Positions 30,201 to 45,615 of a stretch of 64,000 nt of DNA are shown piece after piece; position 1 is the stretch's first letter; every line of letters starts with the position of its first letter. The DNA lies in assembly GCF_000181795.1 (NCBI RefSeq), contig NW_003526945.1:1488796-1552795 (forward strand), in the 5' to 3' direction. The translations under genes and the position numbers were made by a program. The stretch comes from Trichinella spiralis. Taxonomy: Eukaryota. The notes under the pieces were generated by a model that was not told the DNA's origin, searched no databases, and saw nothing but the letters and a program-made list of their open reading frames with translations.

Positions 30201-33200
30201 TTCGTTTAAATCTGAATATTTTCCAGAAAACATAGGATTAGTTTCGTGTTTATAAAACTTAGACCATTCGTAGACCAAGAAAGTTGTATAAGTTTCAAGT
30301 AGTCCAAAGTAATTCGGGATCGATCGCATTTCCAATAATTTTTTTTATTAGTATAGTTTTTCGTACTGCTATCATCGGATTAGCATTGGTTATCCTGGAT
30401 TTGATTGTTTGTGTATGTATTTTTGCAGCTTAAGAATAAGAAAAGCAGTACTGGAAGCTTCGTGTCGTGGTCGAAAAGATTTTTTCACCGCATTGCAAGA
30501 GTTCAGTTGTTGGCTTGGGAAAATTGAAAGTCAAATACTATCTCTGGATGCAGACAGCAGCTTGGCACAGCTGCTGAAAGATGTCGCTTATCGCCAAGAA
30601 TTACGTGACAAATGGAAGGTAAGAACAAAAATTGCATCAATTATATTAATTAGTATATTTATTTATACGTGTAATATTTTGGGCATGACAATATATTAAT
30701 TTTTTAAATTTGTGAAAAATGTTAAAATTATGCAGCCATTATGCTCATTTCTGTAAGAATTTTGTTGAACTACTTCTCAGCTGAATAATTAGAAAATATT
30801 AAAACGAGTGTATGTTTGTTTTCATTTATTTTTGAATAATTGTTCAATAAATAGACTGTGATTTTTTTTGAAGTTTTTGATATTGCATATAATGCGATTA
30901 ACTTTTTTTATCTAAATGATAGAGATTCAGTGAAAAATCTTATTTTGTATCTTTGTGTTGTTATACGCCTGGGCTTGTTTATTAAGTGAATTTTTTTCAA
31001 CTGAAACATATAATCATGTTGCGGCATATGTAGCCGAGATTTTTTTGTCATTTTAATTTCATACAAATTTTAGTAGGGATTCCAAATTGCGCGTGCACGC
31101 GCGCGTATGTGCGTGCGTTCAACATTGTTTCACAATCTTACTGCATCTTACTGCTCTACATCTGCTTATGAATAGTACTAGTAGTAGCAGCAGTCAGTTG
31201 CTATTAATAATAGTAATACTGTTATTATTATTAGCTCATCTGAATGTTATTAGCAAAAAATGTGTAATTGATTAAGAAGTTGATTTTTTAATTTTCTTTG
31301 TGATGTAATCACGCTTCAAGTTCATGCTCAGCTTTAGCTATCTGTAAAATACATTGGAAAAAATATTTTCTCTTTAAATTGATTGATTGATTTTGCTTTA
31401 CTGTTCAGTTACTCGAATAAAAATATACAAATAGCATTCATTGCACGACAATTTGAGCGCATGGCACAATTTTCACTCATTTATTATATGCTTATTTTTG
31501 TTTGTGATTATTTATATATTTTATTGTTTAGAAAAAAAATTTTTTCTTCTATTAAGAGAAAAGGTTAAATGTTTGCATTTTTCAGGGCGTTAGCGGTGAG
31601 ATAGAAGTTCACGAAACGGTTTTTCATTCGTTGTGTGATACGGCCAAAACGCTGCTAATGAACAGCATGTTCTCCGAAGAGAAAAGCGACTTTCAAGGGG
31701 AATTGATGCAATTAAACGAACGCTGGGAACAAGTGGTGAAGTTGTCCGATGAGATCAAGCAGCGTTTAGATCTTGCCCAAGAACAATGGGAACGTTTGAC
31801 TACTCAACTTCAAGAGCTGATATGTTGGACCGAAGATGCTAGCAGGGAACTTTTACGCCAGCAGCCGATTGCCGGCGATTCAGAGAAAATCAAATTGCAG
31901 AATGAATTTATTCAGGTTTGTTATTTATTTATTTAATTTATTATTACTATTATTATTGTGCAATTAATTATTCTAATAGATTTCAATTTTAAGCTTGTAG
32001 TTTTTCAACTATGAACTAACTATCTACAAATTTTAGTTTGTCTGATTGAATAGTTAGTTAGTTATTTATAAAAATAGCATACAAGTAAAAATAAAAATAG
32101 GATTTCTGAGACTGCTTAGTTTTCGTAATGTTTTCCTCAAGCATGAAACCCAGTAATTCTGTAAAATGTGCTAATGCCCTTCAAATGTGTCATTCTTTTC
32201 CAGTGCTAAAATCAAGTATGACTGGTTTGCTTTTTTTCACACCAATTCATCAATGCTATTTTGTGTTTGATGTGAAATTACGACCAGTTTTGCTATTTTA
32301 TTTTAGCTTAAAACTATTTATTTATTTTGAGTCCACGAATATTTAATTTTTTCATTGTTTCATTGTGTCGCAGCGGTATTTCATGTTTTCATAAGCTGCG
32401 AATAACAATGAATGCTGCTATTTTGTGTGTTTGTTATATATGCTGTTTTTTCAACAAACACGTGGATGATAAGTTCAAATAAATTTTAAATCAGGATGCA
32501 ATTTTAACAATGAACTATTAAAACAATGCAATTTTAATACAGTTTTATGAAGGTTAATTGCTGCCAATGATTCATGCTAATTTGATTTATATATATTCAC
32601 TTGACATTTGGAAAACAACAAACATGTTATCTATCTGTTCGAGAGATTATTTTTTGTGAATTTTGAATTGTTCATTTGATAATTAATATTTAATTCAAAT
32701 GTGGGTTATGATGGAAGAAAGAGAAATTTTTTTTTCTTTTTTTCCATTTATATATTTCTAAAATGATAGAAGAGGAAGCATTGGTCAACGATGTTCCGTA
32801 ATGATGATCGGTTGTTTTGTGATGCTTCTCAATTTTGAAAGGTATCTTATAGATTGAATCTAAGCAGCAAGCATATTTTTCATTTTGTCTCTATTTAAAC
32901 TGGCGGATGTTGATAAGCTGAGCGTACTGGATTTGATACTTATAGCCGTTTTATTCACTATCTCATACGCATACACACACACGCACACATGATGATGATG
33001 ATCGATCAGTGAATTCAATTATACTTTTGGTTTTAAAACACACGTTAGTTTCTTATTAGAAGCAATGCACACAGTTGGTGAGAATTGATTTTCCACCCTT
33101 GGCTACTTAGTGATCTGTAATTTATAAAACACTGGTCTTTTCATAATGGTCATTAAAATGTAATTAGTTCCTCAGTCATTTTTGTTTAATATTAAGTCGC

Positions 33201-33206
33201 GCGCGC

Positions 33207-33240
<34 letters not shown>

Positions 33241-36200
33241 CATGCAATACGACTTTTTTTATTTGGGTTTTTTTGCTGTTATTTATTTTATTTATTTATT
33301 TATTTAATTTTACTCTATTCTTTTTTTTATTCTGTTCAAACGGATAATGACAATGAATGTTGAAATTTTAAGCAACTGCAAACAGGAATATCCAATCAAG
33401 AGAAAGCAGTGAAAGAAATTATTCAAATTGCTCGAAGTTACTTGCTTCAACAAGACTTACGTCCAGCGTTGCAGTCGTCGATGGATTCTGATGAAACGGA
33501 AGGTTTGTTCGAATATGCTTGCAAAAATAAGATGTGCAAAGAAGTTTTCTGTATATTAAAAATTTTGAAAACACAGAAATGCTAGTTGGCAAGAAGCAGT
33601 CCAGACGAGTTGGCCAGATGATCAAGAACGATAGCGACCGATTGGAAGAATTGTGGGCGGATTTAACTGACAGTGCGAACGACTGGCAAAAACTAGTCGA
33701 AGATACCTTTACGGTAGGCTTATTCGCTTTTGGCGATGCTGTGGCTCTATTTTTATACTATATTTAAATCTGCAGAAAATGATTCTCTTTGACAAAGCAA
33801 TTGAAGATTGCAAAATTGCCATCTCTGAAGCGGAAGATTTGAAGAAACACTGGAAGCCAATCAGTGATGTGAAATTGGATGAATTGGCAGAATGCATGGA
33901 ACACGCGAGGGTAAGTTTCCGTTTAAACAAAAGCATCATCGTTTTTGAGCTTTTCTCCTTTTTTAACCCCGAAATGCAACAACGTTCGCACGCATATAAA
34001 TATTATCCAAACTGTGTCATTGGCAGGTCCAGTTTTCGATTTATTACCTGCTTTTGATGTGCCTGAGATAATTTGCATTTTTATTTTTGGAACATTTGAA
34101 ACGACCTTACTACATACTGCACTATTTAACAACAATGAGTCTTTTTTTAAATTCTAATTCTAATTATTATTATTATTATTGATTAAGAAGAAATATTTTA
34201 TTGAGTTTTTTTGATGAAGGTTATAGAGTGGGATTTTTTTTAAATCATCAGATATTATTTGTTTAGTTCTGATATGCTCGAACGTCGCTTGTGTATATAG
34301 ATATATCGGCGAGGTTTTATTTGTCTGCCTGCTTGACTTTATTTACAAGTGATTTGATGAAAGGCTTTTTATAATTTTTTGCTCAAAGTGACTTGTGGAA
34401 ATGGGATGCGTGCATGCTAAGCGTCCGATTTAGAGTGTTTTGAAATTGCAATCGCTTACTAGTTATTTATTGATCACATTGTCAATGATTTACTGGATTA
34501 GTGAAATTTAATGTTATGTTGTCAGCATGTTTGTTGTTGATTGTTTGATCGCAGTTCCTTGAAGTGGATCGCTTTTTTGCGTTTGTGTTCTGCTTGTTTT
34601 CCTCCGCAAAGAACAAGTATTATTCCATCCGGTAGAAGAAGAAGAAGAAGAAGCAGCAGTAGAATATTGCACAGGTTGTGAACATAAGCATATCTATCAC
34701 TAAACAGAATGAATGAATGAATGAATGAATGAACTGCTTGCTTGCTTAAATCAAGTTGTCATTGGTTTAGTTGTGATTGGCAAATAAAAATAGCATTTTG
34801 GGATATTTCAACGACGCCTCGGTATTGTTTGACGACAGGTCAGGGTCAGGTCAGCTGCTTGCAAGTGGACCTCTACGTACAATGTTGTTTGACCGCTGAC
34901 GCCTACTGCTAGTTTTAGCATCACTTCGAAGCATCTTAGTAGGTTATTGGCATGATGATGATGATAGCGACGACCTCTGCTTTTAGCCTCTGAGAACCGT
35001 TTTTATTTGATCTGTACATTTTTATTAGTCACTTTCCAAATTGCATACAGGTCAGAAAAATGGCTTGTCAACTTTTTGACCATCGTTTTTAATCGGCGAC
35101 AATTGCTGCTGCATGGTAGCTTTCGTTGATATGACCTTATATTGCTGCGAACTTTTTTCCATTCCACCGCAAAACTATTTTTACGCACAGTGTTTTTGTT
35201 GTGTTTTCTTTTTTATTTCATATGAAAAATTATTCAGTGAAAACATTGTTGTGTTGTACTAGTGTTATTATTTTATTATATATTGCCATTTGAGGGTTTC
35301 CACCAGTATCTCATTTGTCATATACGTTTGCTGTTGGACGACGTCAACGATCATTCGAGTCGTTTGCTTGCCGATAACGTCCGTCTATCACCAGTAATGA
35401 TTCACAGTTTGGAAAGTTTAAATCTTCGATACAAGGAACTGGAGTTGACGATCGGCGATCGAATTGTCATTTTGCAAAATGCCCTACGTCAATTTGGCCC
35501 TTCGTCACAGCATTTTCTTGAAGGTGATGCTGGTGTTTTATTATTGTTAATATTTTAATGTGAAGGCTTTATTTTTGGAATTTTCTTTTCTATCAGGTTC
35601 TGTTGTTTTACCCTGGGAAAGAGCCGTTTCAACGAATCGCATTCCATATTACATAAAGTAGAAAAATTGATATGTTTATCCAATTTTTATTCTATTTCTT
35701 TGTGTTGAAAATTGCCTTTATACATTTACAGCCATGAGACGGAGAAAACACAATGGGATCATCCAAAAATGGTCGAAATTATCAACAGTTTCAGTGAATT
35801 CAATGAAGTAAAATTTTCCGCATATCGAACCGCAATGAAGCTTCGATCGTTGCAGAAAAATTTATACTGTAAACTTTCGACATGATCACATGCATTGTTT
35901 TGTTTTCTGTTCAATGATAATTTCAGTGGACTTAATCAGTATTGAAGATTTGGTGGATATTTTTAACCAGCGAAAATTGCAAGATGCCAACGACAATCAG
36001 TTGGACGTGAGTGAAATGGTGATGACGCTTTTGCCGATTTACGAACTTGTGCAAAGAGACAACATGAATCTGCTGAGATCGATTCCTTTGGCGGTCGATT
36101 TATGTCTTAACTGGCTCTTGAATGTCTATGATCCGTACGTAATTAACGATGCTTTTCCTCTGTTGCAGAATAATAATATCTTCTGGTCATCCCTTTTTTT

Positions 36201-38937
36201 TCTTAAGAAAAATTGTTTCACTTTTAGCGCTAGAACTGGCAACACCCGTGTGATTAGTTTCAAAGTGGCGCTGATTTTAATGTGTCGTGCTTCTTTGAGC
36301 GAAAAATACCGCTGTAAGTTGTGAATTATTATTATTATTATTATTATTGCCCACTGTTCAGTGTTTGCGTGATTTGTTTTATTAAATTCATTTTTATTTG
36401 TTGAAAGTTATTTTTATTCTGTTTGAATGGAAATTGCATGCTTTCGAACATTGTAAAATTGTTCTTTACTCTCTTGTGGAGATTACTTTTAGGAAGTAAA
36501 AATAGAAATTCAATTCGTAAACTGGTTAAGTTTAGTTTTTAGTTTTTCATTGTATTTTTTGATGAAAGTTTGATTAATTGAAAATTAGTTGTGAAATCTT
36601 ATATCGTGACATTCGAAGATATTTTCATTTATTTCATTTTTAGATTTATTCAATCAAGTGTCGTACAATAAATGTTCTTTGGACCAGAAAAAGTTAGCAT
36701 TGCTACTTCATGAATGTATTCAAGTATGATACTTATTTGTTGTTGTTGTTGTTTGCTTGAAATATAGGTACATATTATTAGTGAATGCAATGCTGTGAAT
36801 TTTAGGTGCCCAAATTTTTTGGTGAAGTTGCTGCCTTTGGTGGTACTAACATTGAGCCAAGTGTACGCAGTTGTTTCGAGATGGTTGGTCGAAATGTGTA
36901 TGATGATAAATTTTTCCTTAATTTATTATTTTACTCTTTTCAGGCCAAATATCCTGCCGAAGTGACAATGCAACAGTGCATGGATTGGCTAAATTGCGAA
37001 CCGCAAAGCATCGTATGGTTGGCAGCAATGCACCGTATTTCTATATCTGAAAATGAAAAACACCAGGCCAAGTGTAATGTTTGTAAAATGTTTCCAATTG
37101 TCGGACTGAGGTGAGCGCTGTCTGTGGTTTTATTATTATTTTTCGCTTCATTATACTTTGCTTCAGTATATTGTGCACTTGATTATTGTTTATTGTATCC
37201 ATTGGTTGATTAAAAATTTCGCATCATTTTTAGATATCGTTGTTTGAAGTGCTTTAATTTTGATATGTGCCAGAACTGTTTCTTTGCCCAGCGTACTGCG
37301 AAAAATCACAAAATCTCACATCCCATGCAAGAATATTACAAAGCGGTTAGTGTATTTCTTAATTACGATTAATTTTACCCTGCAAAATGTTCCTATATAC
37401 TGTATATGTATATATGTAGGCTAAAAGCGGTGAAGATGTGCGTGATTTTGGTCGAGTTATACGCAATCGGTTTAAATCAAAACACTATTGGAAAAAGCAT
37501 CCTCGTCTGGGCTATCTGCCTGTTCAATCTGTCATGGAAGGCCACTCCCTTGAATCACGTGATCTTGTACCAACAAATCCAGAAACGCAAAATATTCATG
37601 TGCAGATTGAACTGTACGCCAGTCATTTGGCCGATATGGAAAGAAGTGCAATTACGGAAAGTAACGAATCAGAAGATGATGAACACGCTGTCATTTCTTC
37701 TCTGAGCAGCACGTTGACCAATGACTGCCATGTAAAGCAGCATCCTGTTAATATGGCAGGTGCGGTGCGTTCACCCGCTCAAATTATATCAGTTACAGAC
37801 TCTGCCCAGAAAGTGGAACTGAACGGTTTGTTGAAGCATCTTCAAAATGAAAACAAGTAAGAGTATAATAGTTGTAATAATCAATGAAATTGTAAATTTG
37901 TTCACAATGCATATGACGTTTTTTTAAAAAATTAAGAAATTTGATGTGTGAATATGAAAAATTGCGCAATAAAATGTCGGCCGAAGTTGACAAAAGTGCT
38001 GCTAGCTTGCACAACAGTTTGTCCACACCAATGCTTCCAATGACCAATGGATCTCTTGGACGACGTGGCCAGCATCGTTCTACTTCTAGTCTTTCTCGCA
38101 CTCACCATCAGCGTATAGCACCACCAGCAACGTACGATGACCCGGCAATGGATTTGGATATGGACACAATCCTTTCGGAAGAGAAAGAAATTATTGCCAA
38201 TGAAGCGAAAGCACTGCGACAACAAAAGCAGCGTTTAGAACAACGCAGTAAAGTGCTCGAAGAGCACAATCAACAGTTGGAAGTCCAGCTGCGGCGCATT
38301 AAGCAGCTTATTGAAGAGGTTTGCTGTTTTTATTATTTATTTATTTATTTATTTATTTAATATTAATGTTTCTTAATTTTAAGCATATGTATTTCTATTA
38401 TTCTTTGCTAGTAAGAAGAATTATTTTGTTACAATTATTTTTCATGTTATGTTCTGTTCTGTTCTGTTCTGTTTTCTTGTACTTTCGCTCAAATAGTGAA
38501 ATAATGGGAAAAATATTCTTTTATATTTCCGTTCAGCTCATATATATAAGCATTTTTAGAGACATCACTTTTATCTAATTTTATGTAAATAAATCGTTTG
38601 TTTTATTGCAGCAGAAGCAAAATGGAATCACCTGTATTGATTCGTCGAAATCTCAGTTGATGCTGTCTTCTGGAATATCTTCACAAGCGGATGCAATGAC
38701 ACACTGCGGGAACGGTCAGTTGTTATTTCTTATTTTCTTTTCATATATTTGTTCTTTGATGAATGTTTTTTTTTATTGTTTTCAGATGATTCTTTGGTTT
38801 TATCTGATACATGCTCAAGCAGTAGTAACAGAATTGGTGATTTAATGAGCACTGTTCAAGATATTGGAAAAGCGGTCGGCAATCTGATAAACGCAGTCAC
38901 CTCTGACGACGAAGTGTCCATGGCAGAAGTCGAGTGA
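15254..38937 (+). CDS. dys-1: Dystrophin/utrophin homologue; multi-exon (spectrin repeats, WW, EF-hands, ZZ, coiled coils)
   Basis: Spectrin repeats ([43 protein letters not shown]...QQPIAGD), [11 protein letters not shown] domain [74 protein letters not shown] domain [34 protein letters not shown] and [11 protein letters not shown]. Stop is at 38935-38937. The start codon is inferred from exon phase. Confidence 0.93.
25850..26407 (-). mobile_element. Non-autonomous hAT (Buster/Charlie-like) DNA transposon derivative in a dystrophin intron
   Basis: Identical 8-bp flanks ATCTAATG at 25842-25849 and 26408-26415. Left end CAGGGATGGGCAAAC, degenerate right end TTTGCTTGATACCTTTG, and subterminal ATCGACCC repeats at both ends. 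Minus strand 26240-26184 encodes [19 protein letters not shown], resembling the hAT C-terminal dimerisation region. Confidence 0.85.
33198..33239. repeat. Compound (CG)n-(AT)n microsatellite in a dystrophin intron
   Basis: tcgcgcgcgcgaatatatatat... Confidence 0.85.
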
Positions 38938-41263
38938 TTGTATACATATATACTTACTTATTGTTTGCTTTTTATTTAAATGGAAATTTAAAAAGAAAAT
39001 TTTGTCAGTGCCTTTGCGCTAATATAAGAAGCATTTGCTTTACACAGTTGCTGCAATGCTACTCTGTTGGTTAGCAGTTCAATTTATGACACTGCAGATG
39101 TAGTAGTAAACGTTATTATTGTAATTCTTTTTTTTAATTTTAGAGCATCTCTTTTAATATAGTGTGAGCAGTAATGGCTTAAAAGTGATAGACATTTATC
39201 TGAGAAACTGTGTGTCTGAACCTATTACAACAGCAAATCAAACGAAAATCATACAAGAAGAACCGCGTATATTATCTTTACTGTAAATAGTATTATTATT
39301 TTTAAAATAATTATTTGCAAAAAAGTAAGGCTAATACTGCACAAATTTTTAATCATTGTTGTTTAAATATTTTAAAATATTCATAAATGTGTAATGTTCT
39401 GATTTTTAGATTTGGTAATTCATTTTCATTCAAATAGCACTGACTAGCGTTGGCATCTGAGACTGAAATTCTTATTCATAAAGCTGTGCAAAAGCAAGAG
39501 GGGCTAAATATTCAAATGCACCATAGCCAAACAAACAACAATAAGGGGGTAGATTCCGAGTTTACATCAAAGACATGCCGTTTCACACTTTGATTGGTTG
39601 TAAATTTTGCGTAGAACTCTGATTGGTTTTAAATTTTATTGGTTTACACGGCGGCTAAATTTCATTAGTTGTTGTTGCGATGAATTTTACTCGCTGTTGG
39701 GAACCTAAATTTTACTGGTTGTAATTGTTGTGCATTCTATTTGTCAAATTTTGGTTTATTTTTAATGGTCACTTTTTTATTCTAAGCTTTACTATTTATC
39801 TTCTATATATATATATATTAGTAGTAACTAAATTATAAATTTAAAAGCTGACTAGCAATTTAAAATTATAAGTTTATTAACAAATTTTCTTGCGGTTTCA
39901 TTTCTGCGTATAATGAATTATATTGATAAAACTGCTGATCAGATCTAATAAATTCACCACCAGCGTTGAATGTTTTATAAATGTTGTACATTTTCGTGAA
40001 ACCAATTGCAGCATAAATGATGATCAGTTATGATTATCAGTTAACAGTGTTTGAATAAGCGAGCTATTTGTCTGTTGTAGTCAAAGCGATGGTTTTAGTT
40101 TGTAGATTTTGTAACCTTCCTTTGAGTTGAGCTTTCAGCTGTGCGCTTTTAGAATTATTCCATGAAAAAGCTAAAATCGATAAACGTTGAAATATGCTTT
40201 TTCACTTGAAAACAGTTATAACAACTGGTCATCATCTCCATGGTGACTTTATCGACAAAGCGCTGAAAAACACTAGACTGCCTGGTTGGTTAGTGGTAGG
40301 TTGTCAACAATGACTAACTGCTGTTGCCACATTGATTGTATATTTTCTCCTCTTCGCGCTCAACATTTATTTACTTTTAGCCTTTGACTTTCTCATTCGA
40401 AATGTTGTGTCATTTTATGCTTGCTGTTGTTAATTCATGTTCTATTTTTCGCTTGCTTAGTTTATATATATATATATATATATTTGTTCTTCTCAAATTT
40501 ATAATAAGAATAATTATTGCATTGACTGTTTTTTTAATTTTTAATGCATGCCTAAAAATATATCGAAAATGTTTTATAGAAAAGCATTTTTTTCATCGAA
40601 AACAATTTAAGCTAATAAGCTGACAAGAATAACATATACAGTTTCATTTCCAAAATGAATGAATGAAACAATAATCCTTTCATGCAATTTCATTGCAAAC
40701 TTTTTCTAATTTCGAATTCTTTTACGAAATATTATTTTTTAAAGAAAAATTATCTATATAATACTTTGAATTGAAAGTGACTGACGTGTTCCATTTGACA
40801 GTTTGTTTATCTTGACACATAAGCTTTTCAAAATTTTTAAATGAAACTTGATGATTGCTGGCGAACCAGTTTGCCGTGCGAACAAGCACTGGACTGTTTT
40901 CAGTGGAGGGAGCAGCCAGTGTTTATTATTAATCTCAGACGTGCAGTGCAAATTCTTTATTGAATGCATTTTAAAAATAGTTTCACGAATAAATAATCCC
41001 TTCATCAATTTATATACTGATTCATAAAATAAGCAAAGATAACTGCAGTTATAAAAACATAAAAACGTGGGTTCCAATTGTCTTATTACATTAGCATTTG
41101 TTGTATACGCTATTACAATGATAAACGATGCTGAAAATTGTTGTTTGCACTGCTACTAAAAAAATAAATTAAATAAATGTTGAAACATTCTTCCTTTTTT
41201 AAATAAAGAGTAAATAATTTTAGATTAAACTAGGATTACGATAACTGATTCTTGACATGAAAT

Positions 41264-43467
<2,204 letters not shown>

Positions 43468-44899
43468 CGTTTCGAGAAACTGATGAAATCAACCAGACAC
43501 TGACACCAGGGCACCAAGAACAACAAATGAGCTAATCGATAGAAGTGGCTGTAGTGACCAGTGTACAACCTAACTATCAGTTATTTCAAACTAGGGCAAA
43601 ATGTTTAATATTAAAAAATAAAATAATTTTATGATATTATTTGAATAAAAAATATAATTAAAACATTAATATAATGTACAAAAGCAATACAATTTGAGAT
43701 AACGGCATACTGTATTTATCCAATAATTCTTGCTTGCATATTTCATTCGACACTTCGTAATTCAGCTGAAAAAAAATTACAGAAAAATTAAAATATAATA
43801 AAATTATTTTTAATAATATATTTATGCGTATATTACATCTCAAATTACTCTTTAAGATTTTATTGAAATTAAAGTAACTACAAAAAAATTCTCAGGTTGG
43901 TGCTTTGAAAAGTAATGACGAATCTCCATTAATTAATCGTATTTCAAATTTTGATAAATTTTGAATGGAAGAATGTCTGAATTTTGTATTTAATTCAATA
44001 CTGCGCATTAGCAACTAAACAAACAAATGATGGTCATGTAAGTCACCTCAAACTGACTGACTGATTATTAGCTTTAATTGGCTGAACGAATTTTTGATTT
44101 TTTTTAGCCTTCTGCATTTTTTTGTTTAAATTTTTTTGTTAAATGCGTACTAATTAATTACTCAACGTTAGTTGTTTAATTAATAATATTATTTGTAATA
44201 AATAATGAATTACTATTTTATGAAAAAGTTGCTAAGTTTTCTTATTTATCTTGAATTCGTTGCAAGTTTATCTCAAATGACTATCACTGACAGGTCCTCA
44301 GTGATAAAAATGAAATACCACTAGAATCCTTTTACTTTTCAGCGACTCTTCTATTTAAATGTATTACTTTTACTTTGGACAAACGTTATTCTGAAAGCGG
44401 TAATATATATATATATTTATTTATTTATTTATTCTTATACATATTCGTTTTAAATTGAACAAGCCGTTTTAGTTAGTGAATGTTTAAACTGTTAGTTATA
44501 TTAATGAATACTTTTATCACTTCTCAGCGGTCGAAAAATAATTTCATGTGTTTCAGTTTTTTAATTTTATTTATCTTATAAAATATTTAATTATGTTAAT
44601 TCAATTTTTAGCAGCAGTGTTTGTTTCAATCTTTTGAGGAATGTTTAGAACTTAGCAGTATATTTCTGCATAGCTTTATCTTTATTGATCATTTTATAGT
44701 TGACTGATAGGAATCAATTAATGTATTTAAGGCAGTAATATTTATTATTAAAATGATTTCCAGTTATGTCATAAGGATAAATTTGTCACATATTGAGATA
44801 TTTCAACTTATTGTTTATTAGACGTTTATTAAAATTTACATCATAAAGAATGCTTAGTTCTTTTTCTTTTCCTTCTCAAAGTTTTCAGTAGTGGAAATT

Positions 44900-45615
44900 T
44901 TACGTCATGCGAAGCCGACGCCAAAATGGATTTACATGATGCCCCACGGTAACAACTGTAGGATGTTTCCCTGCGTAGAAATCACCGCCTTGATTAAATC
45001 GGTATCCTTGGCCATGTTTCCCTGTAAAAACAGGAAATTCAATCCTGCCATCATAATAAAAATTTTTTTGCCCTTGATAAACGGTAGAAGAATCAAAGGA
45101 CGCCAAATCAGGGGAGCAGTAAGGAGAATTGCAACGGTTCGGCCAAAATGGAGACTGTTCAACGCCTTTCATTAAACCTTGATCTACATTAAAAAATAAA
45201 TTAAATTTTATTTCCAATATTTTTTATACATTACTTGAAAGTTCATGAAATGCAGGATCATTTTCAAGAATACTTTTCGCTTTAGGTGAAAGATTCAATG
45301 GATTTCTGGGTTGAACTTCATTATCATGATTAAAATGAGCCAAAGTAGGGCCGGCGCGTAATTGCCCATTAAAATCCCATATTGCTCCTTGTCGAAGATT
45401 GGGAATTTTTAAATTTCCTCTAAGAAACTGTATGCGACTACTGCCTGTTGCAATTCCATTTGAAAATTTTGTTAAAAATGGTTTTGGCAAAATATAATTT
45501 GTGTCTGTTCTGTGCATGAAAGGGTAACTCCCAGGTAAAAAGATGCTCTTTGGCCATATTTTCCACGGTGAATAAATATCTTCATTCGATAATAAATAGG
45601 GGTTTGCAGAAACTG
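44900..45615 (-). CDS. Uncharacterised protein with a two-copy internal repeat; at least two exons, 5' end unresolved
   Basis: Exons 45615-45235 and 45183-44900 are joined in phase 1 by a 51-nt GT-AG intron, giving about 220 aa of open, coding-like sequence in a very AT-rich background. No in-frame start exon could be assembled. Confidence 0.7.

Noticed and set aside
44282..44306. Inverted repeat TATCACTGA-N7-TCAGTGATA (tetO-like, paired GATA)
   Set aside because: The arms are only 9 bp in AT-rich DNA with no supporting context, so this is compatible with chance.
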